DNA from: Malacoraja senta
Lineage: Eukaryota
Direction of reading: 5' to 3'
DNA: 64,000 bases
Assembly (NCBI GenBank): GCA_038087875.1
Contig: CM075991.1
Coordinates: 4,960,001 to 5,024,000, forward strand
The notes under the pieces are model-generated. The model made no database searches. It worked only from the letters and a program-made list of their open reading frames with translations, and was not told the DNA's origin. The translations under genes and the position numbers were made by a program. Positions 50,294 through 63,908 of this stretch are shown piece by piece; position 1 is the stretch's first letter, and every line of letters starts with the position of its first letter.

Positions 50294-53200
50294 TGAACTG
50301 AATTGAAATAGCACCGTCTGTCGAAAGGCACCTTTTTGCCCAATCACTAGGAGTTAGCATGTAGGAAGGAATTGCAGATGCTGGTTTACATTGAAGATAG
50401 ACGCAAACATCTAGAGTAACTCAGCTGGAAAGGCTGTATCTCTGGAGAGAAGGAATGGGTGACGTTTCATGTCGAGAACCTTCATGACATGAAACGTCAC
50501 GTGCCCCCCTTCTCCCTGAGAGTCAGGGAGAAGGGGGGCACAGAGGTATGGAAGGTTAAGGTGTGAAAACGAGACATCAAAGGGGTCGTAAATCAAGGGA
50601 AATGTAGAATAGATAATTCAATGTAGCATAAAATGGAATCAGTACGACAGTCAGAATGGTCGGAGAACTAGGATCGAGGATGGATGGTGAGGGAGGGAAA
50701 GCAAGGGTTACTTGAAGTTAGAGAAGTCGATATTCATGCCGCTGTGTTGCAAACTGCCCAAGCGGAATATGAGGTGCTGTTCCTCCAATTTGCGTTGGGG
50801 TACTCTCTGGCAATGGAGGAGGTCCGGGATAGAAAGGCTGGAGACGAATGACCTGCAGATCGGTAAATTAGTTACAACTGTAAATTGTATTTCGTGTGTT
50901 GGTGAATGGTAGAATCTCGATGGGGGAGGTGAATGGGATTGTTGCGAGAATAACAATGAGTTTAAATGAATGTTCGGTGGTCGGCGGAGTCAATGAGCCG
51001 ACGGGCGTGTTTCCCGCTCTACAATTCATTGACTCGAAGACAATGAATGAATATTGAATGCACCCGGCAGGCCACAAATGCTAACAATCTCCATGTAGCA
51101 TTATGAAAGAGAATTGGCAATTGTGAAAACATTATAAGATATATTATTGAGAAAATAATCAAACTGCTGAGCGGGTCGAGAAGCAGCGGATCGGTGGAGA
51201 GATAGCAATCATCTCCATTCCACTCCATCAATCTGAAGCAGCTTACCGAAAATAAACGTTGTATGTCAATTTCCCTCCATCGATTCTGTCTGACCAATGA
51301 GTTTTTCCGTGTAGAAAGGAACTACACGGAAATAAGCTGCCGGTGTATACCGGAGATGGACACAACGTTCTGGAGGAACACAGCGGGCCAGGCAACACCT
51401 CGGGAGAACAAGGACGGGTGACGTTTCTTCTGACTGAAAGTATAGGGGATGGAACTGGAGGTAAGAACAGGACCAAACCAATGAGTTATTCCAGTTGTTT
51501 GTTCCTTGCTGCGGCTTGCAGCTGTGCAGTCTCTTACTTCTCTACAAGAACTGATGCTGGTTTCACAGAAAAGCTTTCCAAACCTTTGTAGAATCAGGCA
51601 TATTACATGGAAACGGACAGAAATATACCAAGTTCAATGAGTGAATGTAGATATGATGGTAGAAATTCAACAGCGAATGCAGTTCAGATCAATGTACTAA
51701 CATTTCTTTAAACATCAGATCGTGTTTAAAAGCAGAGAATTGACGGGTTCAATGTTGAATATAGCCAAACCTACATTTGAGGTGCTTAGATTTTGGAAAA
51801 GGCATTTTTCAACCAGATGCAACTGACGCTTTGTTGGGTCTCACCAAAATATAGTCGCCTTTTTGAATACCTTTCTGAAAGTAATTGTGAATTTTAATTT
51901 TGCGATGCCCCCCGACACATTAGTTATTTGTTTATATCTAAATTTCATCCATTAATATATTAAACTTAACCAGTTTTGCTAATGGAACATATTGTCTCGC
52001 AGTTTCTTGAGATCGTGAGCCTCAATTGCATATTCCGTTGGTAACATTCCCTTTCCAAGACAGAGGGTGGGGAATCTGTGGAACTCATTGGCACAGACGT
52101 GGGTGGTAGCAAAGTCATTGGGTATTATTCAAGTAGAGATCGATAGGTTATTGACTATTAAGAGTGTCAATGGTTACGGGGAGGGTGCGGTTGAGGGGGG
52201 GGGGAATAGAACAGTGATGATCGAATGATGGAGAAGACCGGGTCGAATGTCCTAATTTTGCTCTTATGTCTTATTAATTAATGTCCCACAACAAATAAAA
52301 TACCAATATTTAGCGACATAAGGAACAGATGCGGGCAATTTGCGTAGAATACAATGAGTATTCCAGACGACATCGATGGGTGAAGTTTTGAGTCAGGATT
52401 CTTCATCCCAAACCCGAACTGCATCTTATCCATGTTTTCCAGAGATGTTGTTTGTCGGGGATGATTAAAAAATCTCTAAATATTTAACATTCTATTTTTA
52501 AAAACTATAGCTTGAACCTCAGTGATTACCGCTCTTGCTAGATTAAAACAACAAATGTACAGCCGATAAATTCACAACTGGTTTGGCCCAGTTCTCATAT
52601 TTTCGTCTTTGCCAGTTTTCCTTAGCCATAACTTCACTAATGGTTAATACATTTAAAATCAAATCTGCTCAATATTCTGAACCCGAGAGTTCCAGTGTTT
52701 CAATAGCCACTGAGAAGAAGTTCCCATGTACCTTGTTTTCAATGACCCGAATCTGATAAACCGGTCTTCTCGTTCAAATATCTCCCATTCGTCAAATTCT
52801 TGAAACCTATTATCTCATCTTCCCCAAGATGTTATGCTTCCAAAATCTCACTTCATTGATATAAACTCAAAAGAATATAGATTTAATGCTTACACTTCCC
52901 CTTTGCTAAACGCCACCTCACTTGCAATGGATGACAATGTGCCATTAACCTTGTTATGTCTGCCTGCTAAACATTTGTGATTCCTGCACATGAACACTTC
53001 TATCTCTCTGCGCTTTGCTCTTCTCCACTCTTTCTGTGATAATTTTCTTACTTTATATTCCGTTTACATTGTGCACGATCTTACAATTTCCATCATTAAA
53101 CTTCTTTTGTTGATGTTGCCCACCGTTTATATCGTTTGCAGAGTTTGAATATGATCATGACAACATGATCATGGCCTCCATCTATTTTTGTACCATTGCA

Positions 53201-53972
53201 AAAGTTAGAGCTTTACACTCTGCCTCACACTCCACTTCATTACTGTGTGTCATGAATAACTGAGGGCAAATAAATGTTCCTTTGGGGACTTAAGTAGCTA
53301 CATCCTTCCAAACTGATCAAATAAAAGTTTATTTTGACACAATAACAAATCTTCATCCATGCACACACCTTGCGAAATGTCACCTCAAACTAAAAATACT
53401 GCATATATGCGTTATCCTCTCCAATATTGCTTGCATCATCAATTGACATCGGCAAATCTGTCAGATTGAGTTTACGGTGCAAAAATGACTTGCAATGTCT
53501 CAATGCCATGATCGGTTGTACAACATACATCCACGGGTTAGTTTAGTGAAAATGAAACGCATCTCACAGCACTACAACTGATTTTCCACGTTTTTCTGTC
53601 CATTACCAAACCTTTGCAAAAATACGCAATCAGGAAAGCAGAAGGAGGCCATACATATAAACTGGCCGGCAAGGGAAAAATAAATCCTAAGCAATTCTAC
53701 AGGTGTATTAACAGTAAAAGTGTGACGAGGGAAGGAATTGGTCCCCTTAAGGAGCAGCACGGCTGCTTTTGCGGAGAGCTGGTATAGTTTGTTTAGAGAC
53801 TGTTCATAATTCCTGTCTCCAAGGCCTTCAATTATACTTTATATAGAGGGTTTCCTACAATGTACTGCATACAGCCTGCGAGAGCATCAACTCCGACGCA
53901 ACCTGTGATTAACTCGTCTTCATAAAGAGAATTAACACATATGTTAATAGAAGAACTGTGTTTTATTTTGCA

Positions 53973-55109
53973 ATGGAACGAAGTCATCCACTGCCAGTCG
54001 CGATTCGGATATTATTAGCTCTTTGGGATATACAGAAGTTTTACTATCCCCTTCTTGCTGTCATTGGTGTCCCCAGTAAGTATTTCTTTTATCAAGTTGG
54101 TGGTTTTATAAATCCATTCTTAGAATTTACTAAGCCACAACTGCTTATCTCGCAACATCACCCTGCTGTTTCCCCCTTGTCTGATTCCTGAAAGCCCTGT
54201 CCTCTCTTTCTTACAGTTAACCTGCTGACGATTGTCATCTTGTCTCGAAGAAATTGTGGCCTCTCCAAATGTGTCACCTGCTACCTGGTGGCCATGGCAT
54301 CCGCAGATCTACTGGTCATTATCATCGATCTAATATTAAGGCATATTCCAATCGTTTTTCAGTTTGAATTTGTATTGTACATCCCGCTGTGTAATATCCA
54401 CGCTGCCCTGCTTTACGCAGCCACGGATTGTTCTGTCTGGTTCACTATAGTGTTTACCATTGATCGATTTGTGGCTATCTGTTGTCAGAAATTGAAATCT
54501 AAGTATTGCACTGAAAAAGCATCAAAGGCGATTTTAGCAACAGTGACTGTCCTTTCCCTTCTAAAAAATGTCAGCTGGTATTTTGTGTACACAGGCATCT
54601 ATTGGCTTCTAAATGACCCTTGGTTTTGTATATTGAGAAATAATGTTCAGAATTCACGTGCTTGGGCAGCGATTGAATTTCTTCATTTTATACTGACACC
54701 GGGATTTCCATTTATACTGATTTTGCTGCTAAACGCATTGACGGTCAGACACATTTTAGTGGCCAACAGAGCGCGCAGAAGATTGCGGAACCAAAACACC
54801 GCGGAGCGCACAAAAGACACGGAGATGGAGAACCGAAGGAAGTCCATTGTTCTACTCTTTGTTATTTCTGGAAATTTTATAATATTATGGGTGATAATTA
54901 TGATATTCGGTATATGGCGACGAATGCGTTATTTGGGCTATATGTCTCTATCCCTACCTTTTTTTGTGGGAGAAATGGGCTTCATGCTGCAACTCTTGAG
55001 TTGCTGCACAAACACTTGTATTTATGCCGTGACCCAAAGTATATTCAGGATACAATTTGCTCAGATTGTCAAGTACCCTTTTACAGAAATTCTTAAATTT
55101 GTTAAATGA
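53973..55109 (+). CDS. GPR139-like: GPR139/GPR142-like GPCR copy C, 331 aa (53973-54075, 54217-55109)
   Basis: Near-identical paralog of B; open frame and canonical splice sites. Confidence 0.92.
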
Positions 55110-58100
55110 TGAACTGAATTGAAATAGCACCGTCTGTCGAAAGGCACCTTTTTGCCCAAACACTAGGAGTTAGCATGTAGGAAGGAACTGCAGATGCTGG
55201 TTTACACTGAAGATAGACACAAACATCTAGAGTAACTCAGCTGGAAAGGCTGTATCTCTGGAGAGAAGGAATGGGTGACGTTTCATGTCGAGAACCTCCA
55301 CGACATGAAACGTCACGTGCCCCCCTTCCCCCTGAGAGTCAGGGAGAAGGGGGGCACAGAGGTATGGAAGGTTAAGGTGTGAAAACGAAACATCAAAGGG
55401 GTCGTAAATCAAGGGAAATGTAGAATAGAAAATTCAATGTAGCATAAAATGGAATCAGTACGACAGTCAGAATGGTCGGAGAACTAGGATGGAGGATGGA
55501 TGGTGAGGGAGGGAAAGCAAGGGTTACTTGAAGTTAGAGAAGTCGATATTCATGCCGCTGTGTTGCAAACTGCCCAAGCGGAATATGAGGTGCTGTTCCT
55601 CCAATTTGCGTTGGGGTACTCTCTGGCAATGGAGGAGGTCCGGGATAGAAAGGTCTGGAGACGAATGACCTGCAGATCGGTAAATTAGTTACAACTGTAA
55701 ATTGTAGTTCGTGTGTTGGTGAATGGTAGAATCTCGAGGGGGGGTGAATGGGAGTGTTGCGAGAATAACAATGAGTTTAAATGAATGTTCGGTGGTCGGC
55801 GGAGTCAATGAGCCGACGGGCGTGTTACCCGCTCTACAATTCATTGACTCGAAGACAATGAATGAATATTGAATGCACCCGGCAGGCCACAAATGCTAAC
55901 AATCTCCATGTAGCATTATGAAAGAGAATTGGCAATTGTGAAAACATTATAAGATATATTATTTAGAAAATAATCAAACTGCTGAGCGGGTCGAGAAGCA
56001 GCGGATCGGTGGAGAGATAGCAATCATCTCCATTCCACTCCATCAATCTGAAGCAGCTTACCGAAAATAAACGTTGTATGTCAATTTCACTCCATCGATT
56101 CTGTCTGACCAATGAGTTTTTCCGTGTAGAAAGGAACTACACGGAAATAAGCTGCCGGTTTATACCGGAGATGGACACAACGTTCTGGAGGAACACAGCG
56201 GGCCAGGCAACACCTCGGGAGAACAAGGACGGGTGACGTTTCTTCTGACTGAAAGTATAGGGGATGGAACTGGAGGTAAGAACAGGTCCAAACCAATGAG
56301 TTATTCCAGTTGTTTGTTCTTTGCTGCGGCTTGCAGCTGTGCAGTCTCTTACTTCTCTACAAGAACTGATGCTGGTTTCATAGAAAAGCTTTCCAAACCT
56401 TTGTAGAATCAGGCATATTACATGGAAACGGACAGAAATATACCAAGTTCAATGAGTGAATGTAGATATGATGGTGAAAATTCAACAGCGAATGCAGTTC
56501 AGATCAATGTACTAACATTTCTTTAAACATCAGATCGTGTTTAAAAGCAGAGAATTGACGGGTTCAATGTTGAATATAGCCAAACCTACAGTTGAGGTGC
56601 TTAGATTTTGGAAAAGGCATTTTTCAACCTGATGCAACTGACGCTTTGTTGGGTCTCACCAAAATATAGTCGCCTTTTTGAATACCTTTCTGAAAGTAAT
56701 TGTGAATTTTAATTTTGCGATGCCCCCCGACACATTAGTTATTTGTTTATATCTAAATTTCATCCATCAATATATTAAACTTAACCAGTTTTGCCAATGA
56801 AACATATTGTCTCGCAGTTTCTTGAGATCGTGAACCTCAATTGCATGTTCCGTTGGTAACATTCCCTTTCCATGACAGAGGGTGGGGAATCTGTGGAACT
56901 CATTGGCACAGACGTGGGTGGTAGCAAAGTCATTGGGTATTATTCAAGTAGAGATCGATAGGTTATTGACTATTAAGAGTGTCAATGGTTACGGGGAGGG
57001 TGCGGTTGAGGGGGGGGGGAATAGAACAGTCATGATCGAATGGTGGAGAAGACCGGGTCGGATGTCCTAATTTTGCTCTTATGTCTTATTAATTAATGTC
57101 CCACAACAAATAAAATACCAATATTTAGCGACATAAGGAACAGATGCGGGCAATTTGCGTAGAATACAATGAGTATTACAGACGACATCGATGGGTGAAG
57201 CTTTGAGTCAGGATTCTTCATCCCAAACCCGAACTGCATCTTATCCATGTTTTCCAGAGATGTTGTTTGTCGGGGATGATTAAAAAATCTCTAAATATTT
57301 AAAATTCTATTTTTTAAAACTATAGCTTGAACCTCAGTGATTACCGCTCTTGCTAGATTAAAACAACAAATGTGCAGCCGATAAATTCACAACTGGTTTG
57401 GCACAGTTCTCATATTCTCGTCTTTGCCAGTTTTCCTTACTTCACTAATGGTTAATACATTTAAAATCAAATCTCCTCAATATTCTGAACCCGAGAATTC
57501 CAGGTTTTCAATAGCCACTGAGAAGAAGTTCCCATGTACCTTTTTTTCAATGACCCTCCCGAATCTGATAAACGGGTCTTCTCGTTCAAATATCTCCCAT
57601 TCGTCAAATTCTTGAAACATATTATCTCATCTTCCCCAAGGATGTTATGCTTCCAAAATCTCACTTCATTGATATAAACTCAAAAGAATATAGATTTAAT
57701 GCTTACACTTCCCCCTTGCAATGTCTCAATGCCATGATCGGATGTAAACATACGGGTTAGTTTAGTGAAAATGAAACCCATCTCATAGCACTACAACTAA
57801 TTTTCCACGTTTTTCTGTCCATTACCAAACCTTTGCAAAAATACGCATCCAGGAAAGCAGAAGGAGGACATACATATAAACTGGCCGGCAAGGTAAAAAT
57901 AAATCCTAAGCAATTCTACAGGTGTATAAACAGTAAAAGTGTGACGAGAGAAGGAATTGGTCCCCTTAAGGATCAGCACGGCCGCTTTTGCGGAGAGCTG
58001 GTATAGTTTGTTTAGAGACTGTTCATAATTCCTGTCTCCAAGGCCTTCAATTATGCTTTATATAGAGGGTTCCCTACAATGTACTGCATACAGCCTGCGA

Positions 58101-58189
58101 GAGCATCAACTCCGACGCAACCTGTGATCAACACGTCTTCATAAAGAGAATTAACACATATGTTAATAGAAGAACTGTTTTATTTTGCA

Positions 58190-59326
58190 ATGGAACGAAG
58201 TCATCCACTGCCAGTCGCGATTCGGATATTATTAGCTCTTTGGGATATACAGAAGTTTTACTATCCCCTTCTTGCTGTCATTGGTGTCCCCAGTAAGTAT
58301 TTCTTTTATCAAGTTGGTGGTTTTATAAATCCATTCTTAGAATTTACTAAGCCACAACTGCTTATCTCGCAACATCACCCTGCTGTTTCCCCCTTGTCTG
58401 ATTCCTGAAAGCCCTGTCCTCTCTTTCTTACAGTTAACCTGCTGACGATTGTCATCTTGTCTCGAAGAAATTGTGGCCTCTCCAAATGTGTCACCTGCTA
58501 CCTGGTGGCCATGGCATCCGCAGATCTACTGGTCATTATCATCGATCTAATATTAAGGCATATTCCAATCGTTTTTCAGTTTGAATTTGTATTGTACATC
58601 CCGCTGTGTAATATCCACGCTGCCCTGCTTTACGCAGCCACGGATTGTTCTGTCTGGTTCACTATAGTGTTTACCTTTGATCGATTTGTGGCTATCTGTT
58701 GTCAGAAATTGAAATCTAAGTATTGCACTGAAAAAGCATCAAAGGCGATTTTAGCAACAGTGACTGTCCTTTCCCTTCTAAAAAACGTCAGCTGGTATTT
58801 TGTGTACACAGGCATCTATTGGCTTCTAAATCACCCTTGGTTTTGTATATTGAGAAATAATGTTCAGAATTCACGTGCTTGGGCAGCGATTGAATTTCTT
58901 CATTTTATACTGACACCGGGATTTCCATTTATACTGATTTTGCTGCTAAACGCATTGACGGTCAGACACATTTTAGTGGCCAACAGAGCGCGCAGAAGAT
59001 TGCGGAACCAAAACACCGCGGAGCGCCCAAAAGACACGGAGATGGAGAACCGAAGGAAGTCCATTGTTCTACTCTTTGTTATTTCTGGAAATTTTATAAT
59101 ATTATGGGTGATATTTATGGTATTTTGTATATGGCGACGAATGCGTTATTTGGGCTATATGTCTATATCCCTACCTTTCTTTGTGCGAGAAATGGGCTTC
59201 ATGCTGCAACTCTTGAGTTGCTGCACAAACACTTGTATTTATGCCGTGACCCAAACTAAATTCAGGATACAATTTGCTCAAATTGTCAAGTACCCTTTTA
59301 CAGTCATTCTTAAATTTGTTAAATGA
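58190..59326 (+). CDS. GPR139-like: GPR139/GPR142-like GPCR copy D, 331 aa (58190-58292, 58434-59326)
   Basis: Near-identical paralog of B and C; open frame. An extra in-frame upstream ATG lies at 58160. Confidence 0.92.
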
Positions 59327-59749
59327 TGAACGAATTGAAATAACACCGTCTGTCGAAAGGCACCCTTTTGCCCAATCACATGTTAGCATGTAGGAAGGAA
59401 CTGCAGATGTTGGTTTACACTGAAGAGAGACACAAACATCTGGACTAAATCCGCTGGACAGGCAGAAATGGGTGAAGTTTCGGGTCGAGAACTTTCTTCA
59501 GACATCAAAGGCGTCGTAGATCAAGGAAAATGTAGAATAGATAATTGTCAGCTCGGGGAAGGTGACAACGAAGTATAAAAAGATAACATTTAATCAGGAC
59601 GACAGTCAGAATGGTCGGAGAACTAGAATGCAGGAGGGATGTTGAGGGAAGGAAAGCAATTGAAGTTAGAGAAGTCGATATTCATGCCGCTGAGTTGTAA
59701 GCTGCCGTAGCAGAATATGACGTGCTGTTCCTCCAATTTGCGTTGGGCT

Positions 59750-60163
59750 ACACACATCATCGGCTCTGACCTCTCCACGTATCGCAGTCGCTGCCTCAAA
59801 AAGGCTGCCAACATCATCAAAGACCCACACCATCCTGGCCGCACACTCATCTCCCTGTTGCCATCAGGTAGAAGGTGCGGGAGCCTGAAATCTGGTACAT
59901 CCAGGTTCAGGAACAGCTACTTCCTCACAGCCATCAGGCTATTAGACACAACATCAAACACACTCTGATCTATAACAGCCTATTGCACTTTATCTGATTA
60001 TTTATATGTATATATATGGTTTATGGTATATAGACACACTGACCTGTTCTGTATTTATGCCTACAATATTATGTTTTGCTGCTGCAAGCAAATATTTAAT
60101 TGTCCTATCTGGGACACATGACAATAAACTCTCGTGACTTGACTTGACTTGACTTGACTTGAC
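59750..60163 (+). mobile_element. Rex1-like LINE 3' end inserted into the Penelope fragment of unit D
   Basis: RCLKKAANIIKDPHHPG..LLPSGRR...RFRNSY, then AATAAA and a (GACTT)n tail; absent from the other units. Confidence 0.8.
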
Positions 60164-63100
60164 AGTTGAGGAATCTTGGCATAGAAAGATCTGGAGACGA
60201 CGGTGGTTCGCAAGTTCAGACCGTCTCCTCCTGTTCCCACGTGCCAATGACCTGACGATCGGAAAATCAGTTACAACTGTAAATTGTAGTTCGTGTGTGG
60301 GTGAGTGGTAGAATCTAGGGGGGATGAATGGGAGTGTTGGGAGAATAACGATGTCTAAATGAATGTTCGGTGGTGGCGCAGTCAATGAGCGGACGGGCGT
60401 GTTTCTCGCTCTACAATTCGTTGACTCGAGGACAATGAATGAATATGAAATGAACCCGGAAGGCCACAAATGTTAAACATCTCTATGTAATATTATGAAA
60501 GAGAATTGGCAATTATGAAAACAATCATAAAAGCATATTATTGAGAAAGCATTCAAACTGCTGAGCGGGTCGAGAAGCAGCGCTTCAGTCGCGAGATAGC
60601 AGGCTTCTCTCCTCCACTCCATCAATCTGAAGAAGCGTCCCGAAAATAAACGTTGTATGTCCATTTCCCTCCATCGATGCTGTCTGACCAATGAGTTTCT
60701 CCGTCTAGAAAGGAACTACACGGAAATAAACTGCTGGTTTATACCGAATATGGACACCAAATGGTGGCGGAACTCAGCGGGCCAAGCAACACCACTGGGG
60801 GAAAAGGATGGGTGACGTTTCTTCTGACTGCAAGTAGACGGGATGGAACTGGGGGTAAGAACAGATCCAAACCAACGAGTTTCTCCAGCAGTTTGATTTT
60901 CGATCTGGCTTGCAGCTGTGCAGTCTCTTGCTTCTCTACAAGAACTGATGCTGGTTTCACAGAAAAGCTTTCCAAACCTTTGTAGGATCAGGCATATTAC
61001 ATGGAAACGGACAGAAATATACCAAGTTCAATGAGTGAGTGTAGATATTATGGTGGAAATTCAACAACGAATGCAGTTCAGTTCAATGTACTAACATTTC
61101 TTTAAACATCAGATAGTTTTTAAAACCACAATATTAACGGGTGCAAAGTTGAATATAGCCAAACCTACAGTTGAGGTGCTTAGATTTTGGAAAAGGCATT
61201 TTTTCAACCTGATGCTATTGACGCTTTGTTGGATCTCGCCAGAGTATTATCGCCTTTCTGAATATCTATTTGGAAGTAATTGTACATTTTCATTTTGCGA
61301 TGCCCCCCGACACATTAGATATTTGTTTATACCTGAATTTCAGCCATCCATATATTAAACTTAACCAGTTTTACTGATGAAACATATTGTCTCGCAGTTT
61401 CTTGAGATCGAGCCTAAATTGCATATTCTGTTGGTAACACTACCTTTCTAAGCCAGAGGGTGGGCGATCTGTGGAACTCATTGGCACAGACGAGGGTGGA
61501 AGCAAAGTAATTGGGCATTATTCAGGTAGTGATTGATAGGTTCTTGATTATTAAGAGTGTCAATGGTTAGGGGGAGGGTGGGGTTGAGGGACAAATAATA
61601 GAACAGTCATGATCGAATGGTGGAGAAGACCCAATGGGTGGAATGTGCTAATTTTGCTCTTATGTCTTATTAATTTATGTCCCATTACCAGTAAAATGCC
61701 AACATTTAGCGACATCAGGAACAGATGCGGGTAATTTGCGTAGAATACAAATAGTTCTCTAGACAACATCGATGGGTGAAGTTTTGGGTCACGATTCTCA
61801 TCCCAACCCGAACCGTATCTTATCCATGTCTTCCAGAGATGCGGTCTGACCCGCTGTGTTAATCTAGCACTTAGCATTTATACAAATAATGTCCTTGTTA
61901 AAGAGCAGCATAATCGTCGGCACAAAACTCATGCTTAGTCTGAAGTGAAATTCGGGAATTTAGTTGGCATTGGCATTCATTATTTTCTCATGGAGATCCG
62001 TCTAACCTTTCAGGTACCCTCAATGATCGGCAACTGGTTCCGGGGATACAACGGCATTTATCATAAGCTCTCATCTGATTAATTTCTTCTAGAAAAGGCT
62101 AATTGTGCATTTGAATGTTATTCCATTCAAATGTAAGGAATGCTATATTCCTGAATGTTTTCATTACTTTAATCATGTTTTAGTTATTTTTAGTTTAACC
62201 CAGTCTAAGTATTTGAACACATGTGCAATGCTCGCCATTTTACCTTCTTCTGGCACTAATCCTGTAGTCGGGGGGATTTAAAAAATCTCTAAATATTTAA
62301 AATTCTACAAGAAATACTATAGCTAATAGCTCAGTGATTATCTCTCTTGCTAGATTAAGACAACAAATGTAAAGCTGATAAATTGGTTTGGCCCAATTCT
62401 CATATTCTCTTCTCCACCAGTTCTCGTTAGACATAACTTCACTGATGGTTAAAACATTTAAAATCAAATCTCCTCGACATTCTGAATCAGAAAATTCCAG
62501 GGTTTCAATAGCCACTGAGAAGAAGTTGCCAGGTACCTTCTTTTCAATGAACTCCCTTAATCTGATAAACGTGTCTTCTCGTTCATATATCTCCCAATCG
62601 TCAAACTTCTTGAAATCTATTATCTCATCTCCCCCCATGGACGGTACATATTTACATAAGATCTCCCTTCATTCATATTAATTCAAAAAAAAAAAGATCT
62701 AATGCTTACACTTCCATTTTTCTGAACCCCATCTCACTTGCAATGGAGGACAATGTGCCGTTTACCTTGCTGTGTCTGCCTGCTAAACGCTTGTGGTTCC
62801 TGCACATTAACATTTATATCCATCTGCGTTTTGCTCTTCTCCACTCTTTCTGTGATAATCTTCTTACTTTATATTCCGTTTACATTGTGCACGATCTTAC
62901 ACTTTCCAACATTAATCTTCTTTTGTTGATTTTGCCCACCGTTTATATCGTTTGCAGAGTTTGAATATGATCATGACAACATGATCATGGCCTTCCCTAT
63001 TTTGCACCATTGCGAAAGTTACATGCTTTACACTCTGCTCTATCCTCCACTTCATTACTGTGAGTCATGAATAACAGCGGGCAAATAAATGTTCCTTTGG

Positions 63101-63805
63101 GCACTCAAGTAGCTGCATCCTTCCAAACTTATCAAGGAAACGTTTTTTGTTAACTCAATAACCAATCTTCATCCATGCTCACACTCTTCCATTTTTTATG
63201 ACATCTTGCGAAATGTCATCTTAAACTAAAAATACTGCATATATGCGTTATCCTCCCATTTTGCTTGCATCCTCAATGCACATCGGCAAATCTGTCACTG
63301 AGTTAAGGTGCAAAAGTGACTTGCAATGTCTCAATGCCACGATTGGTTGTACAACATACATCTACGGTTTAGATTGGTGAAGATGAAACCCATCTCATAG
63401 CACTACAACTAATTTTCCAAGGTTTTCTGTCGATTACTAAACATTTGCAAAAAACACAACCAGGAAAGCAGAAGGAGGACGTACAAAGAATCTGGCCGGC
63501 AAGGTAAAAATAAATCCCAAGCAATTCTACAGGTGTATTAACAGTAAAAGTGTGGCGAGGGAAGGAATTGGTCCCCTTAAGGATTAGCACGGCCGCTTTT
63601 GCGGAGAGCTGGATAGTTTGTTTAGAGACTGTTCATAATTCCTGTCTCCAAGGCTTTCAATTATGCTTTATATAGAGGGTTCTCTACAATGTACTACCGC
63701 CATTGTGCCTGCGAGAGCATCAACTCCGACTCAATCTGTGATCAACACGTCTTCATAAAGTGAATGAACACATATCATAATAGAAGAACTGTGTTTTAGT
63801 TTGCA

Positions 63806-63908
63806 ATAGAACGAAGTCATCCACTGCCAGTCGAGATTCGGATATTATTAGCTCTTTGGGATATGCAGAAGTTTTACTATCCCCTTCTTGCTGTCATTGG
63901 TATTCCCA
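63806..63908 (+). pseudogene. GPR139-like: GPR139-like copy E, exon 1 only (the rest runs off the window)
   Basis: Homologous exon 1 with the start codon changed to ATA (63806-63808) and a GC donor (gcaagt). Confidence 0.65.

Noticed and set aside
62297..62638. 113-aa minus-strand ORF recurring in each GPCR unit, as a possible partner gene
   Set aside because: It resembles decayed CR1 ORF2 3' sequence (GDEIIDFKK is similar to RGDLIEVFK), is broken by indels in the other units, and is preceded by other CR1-like RT remnants.
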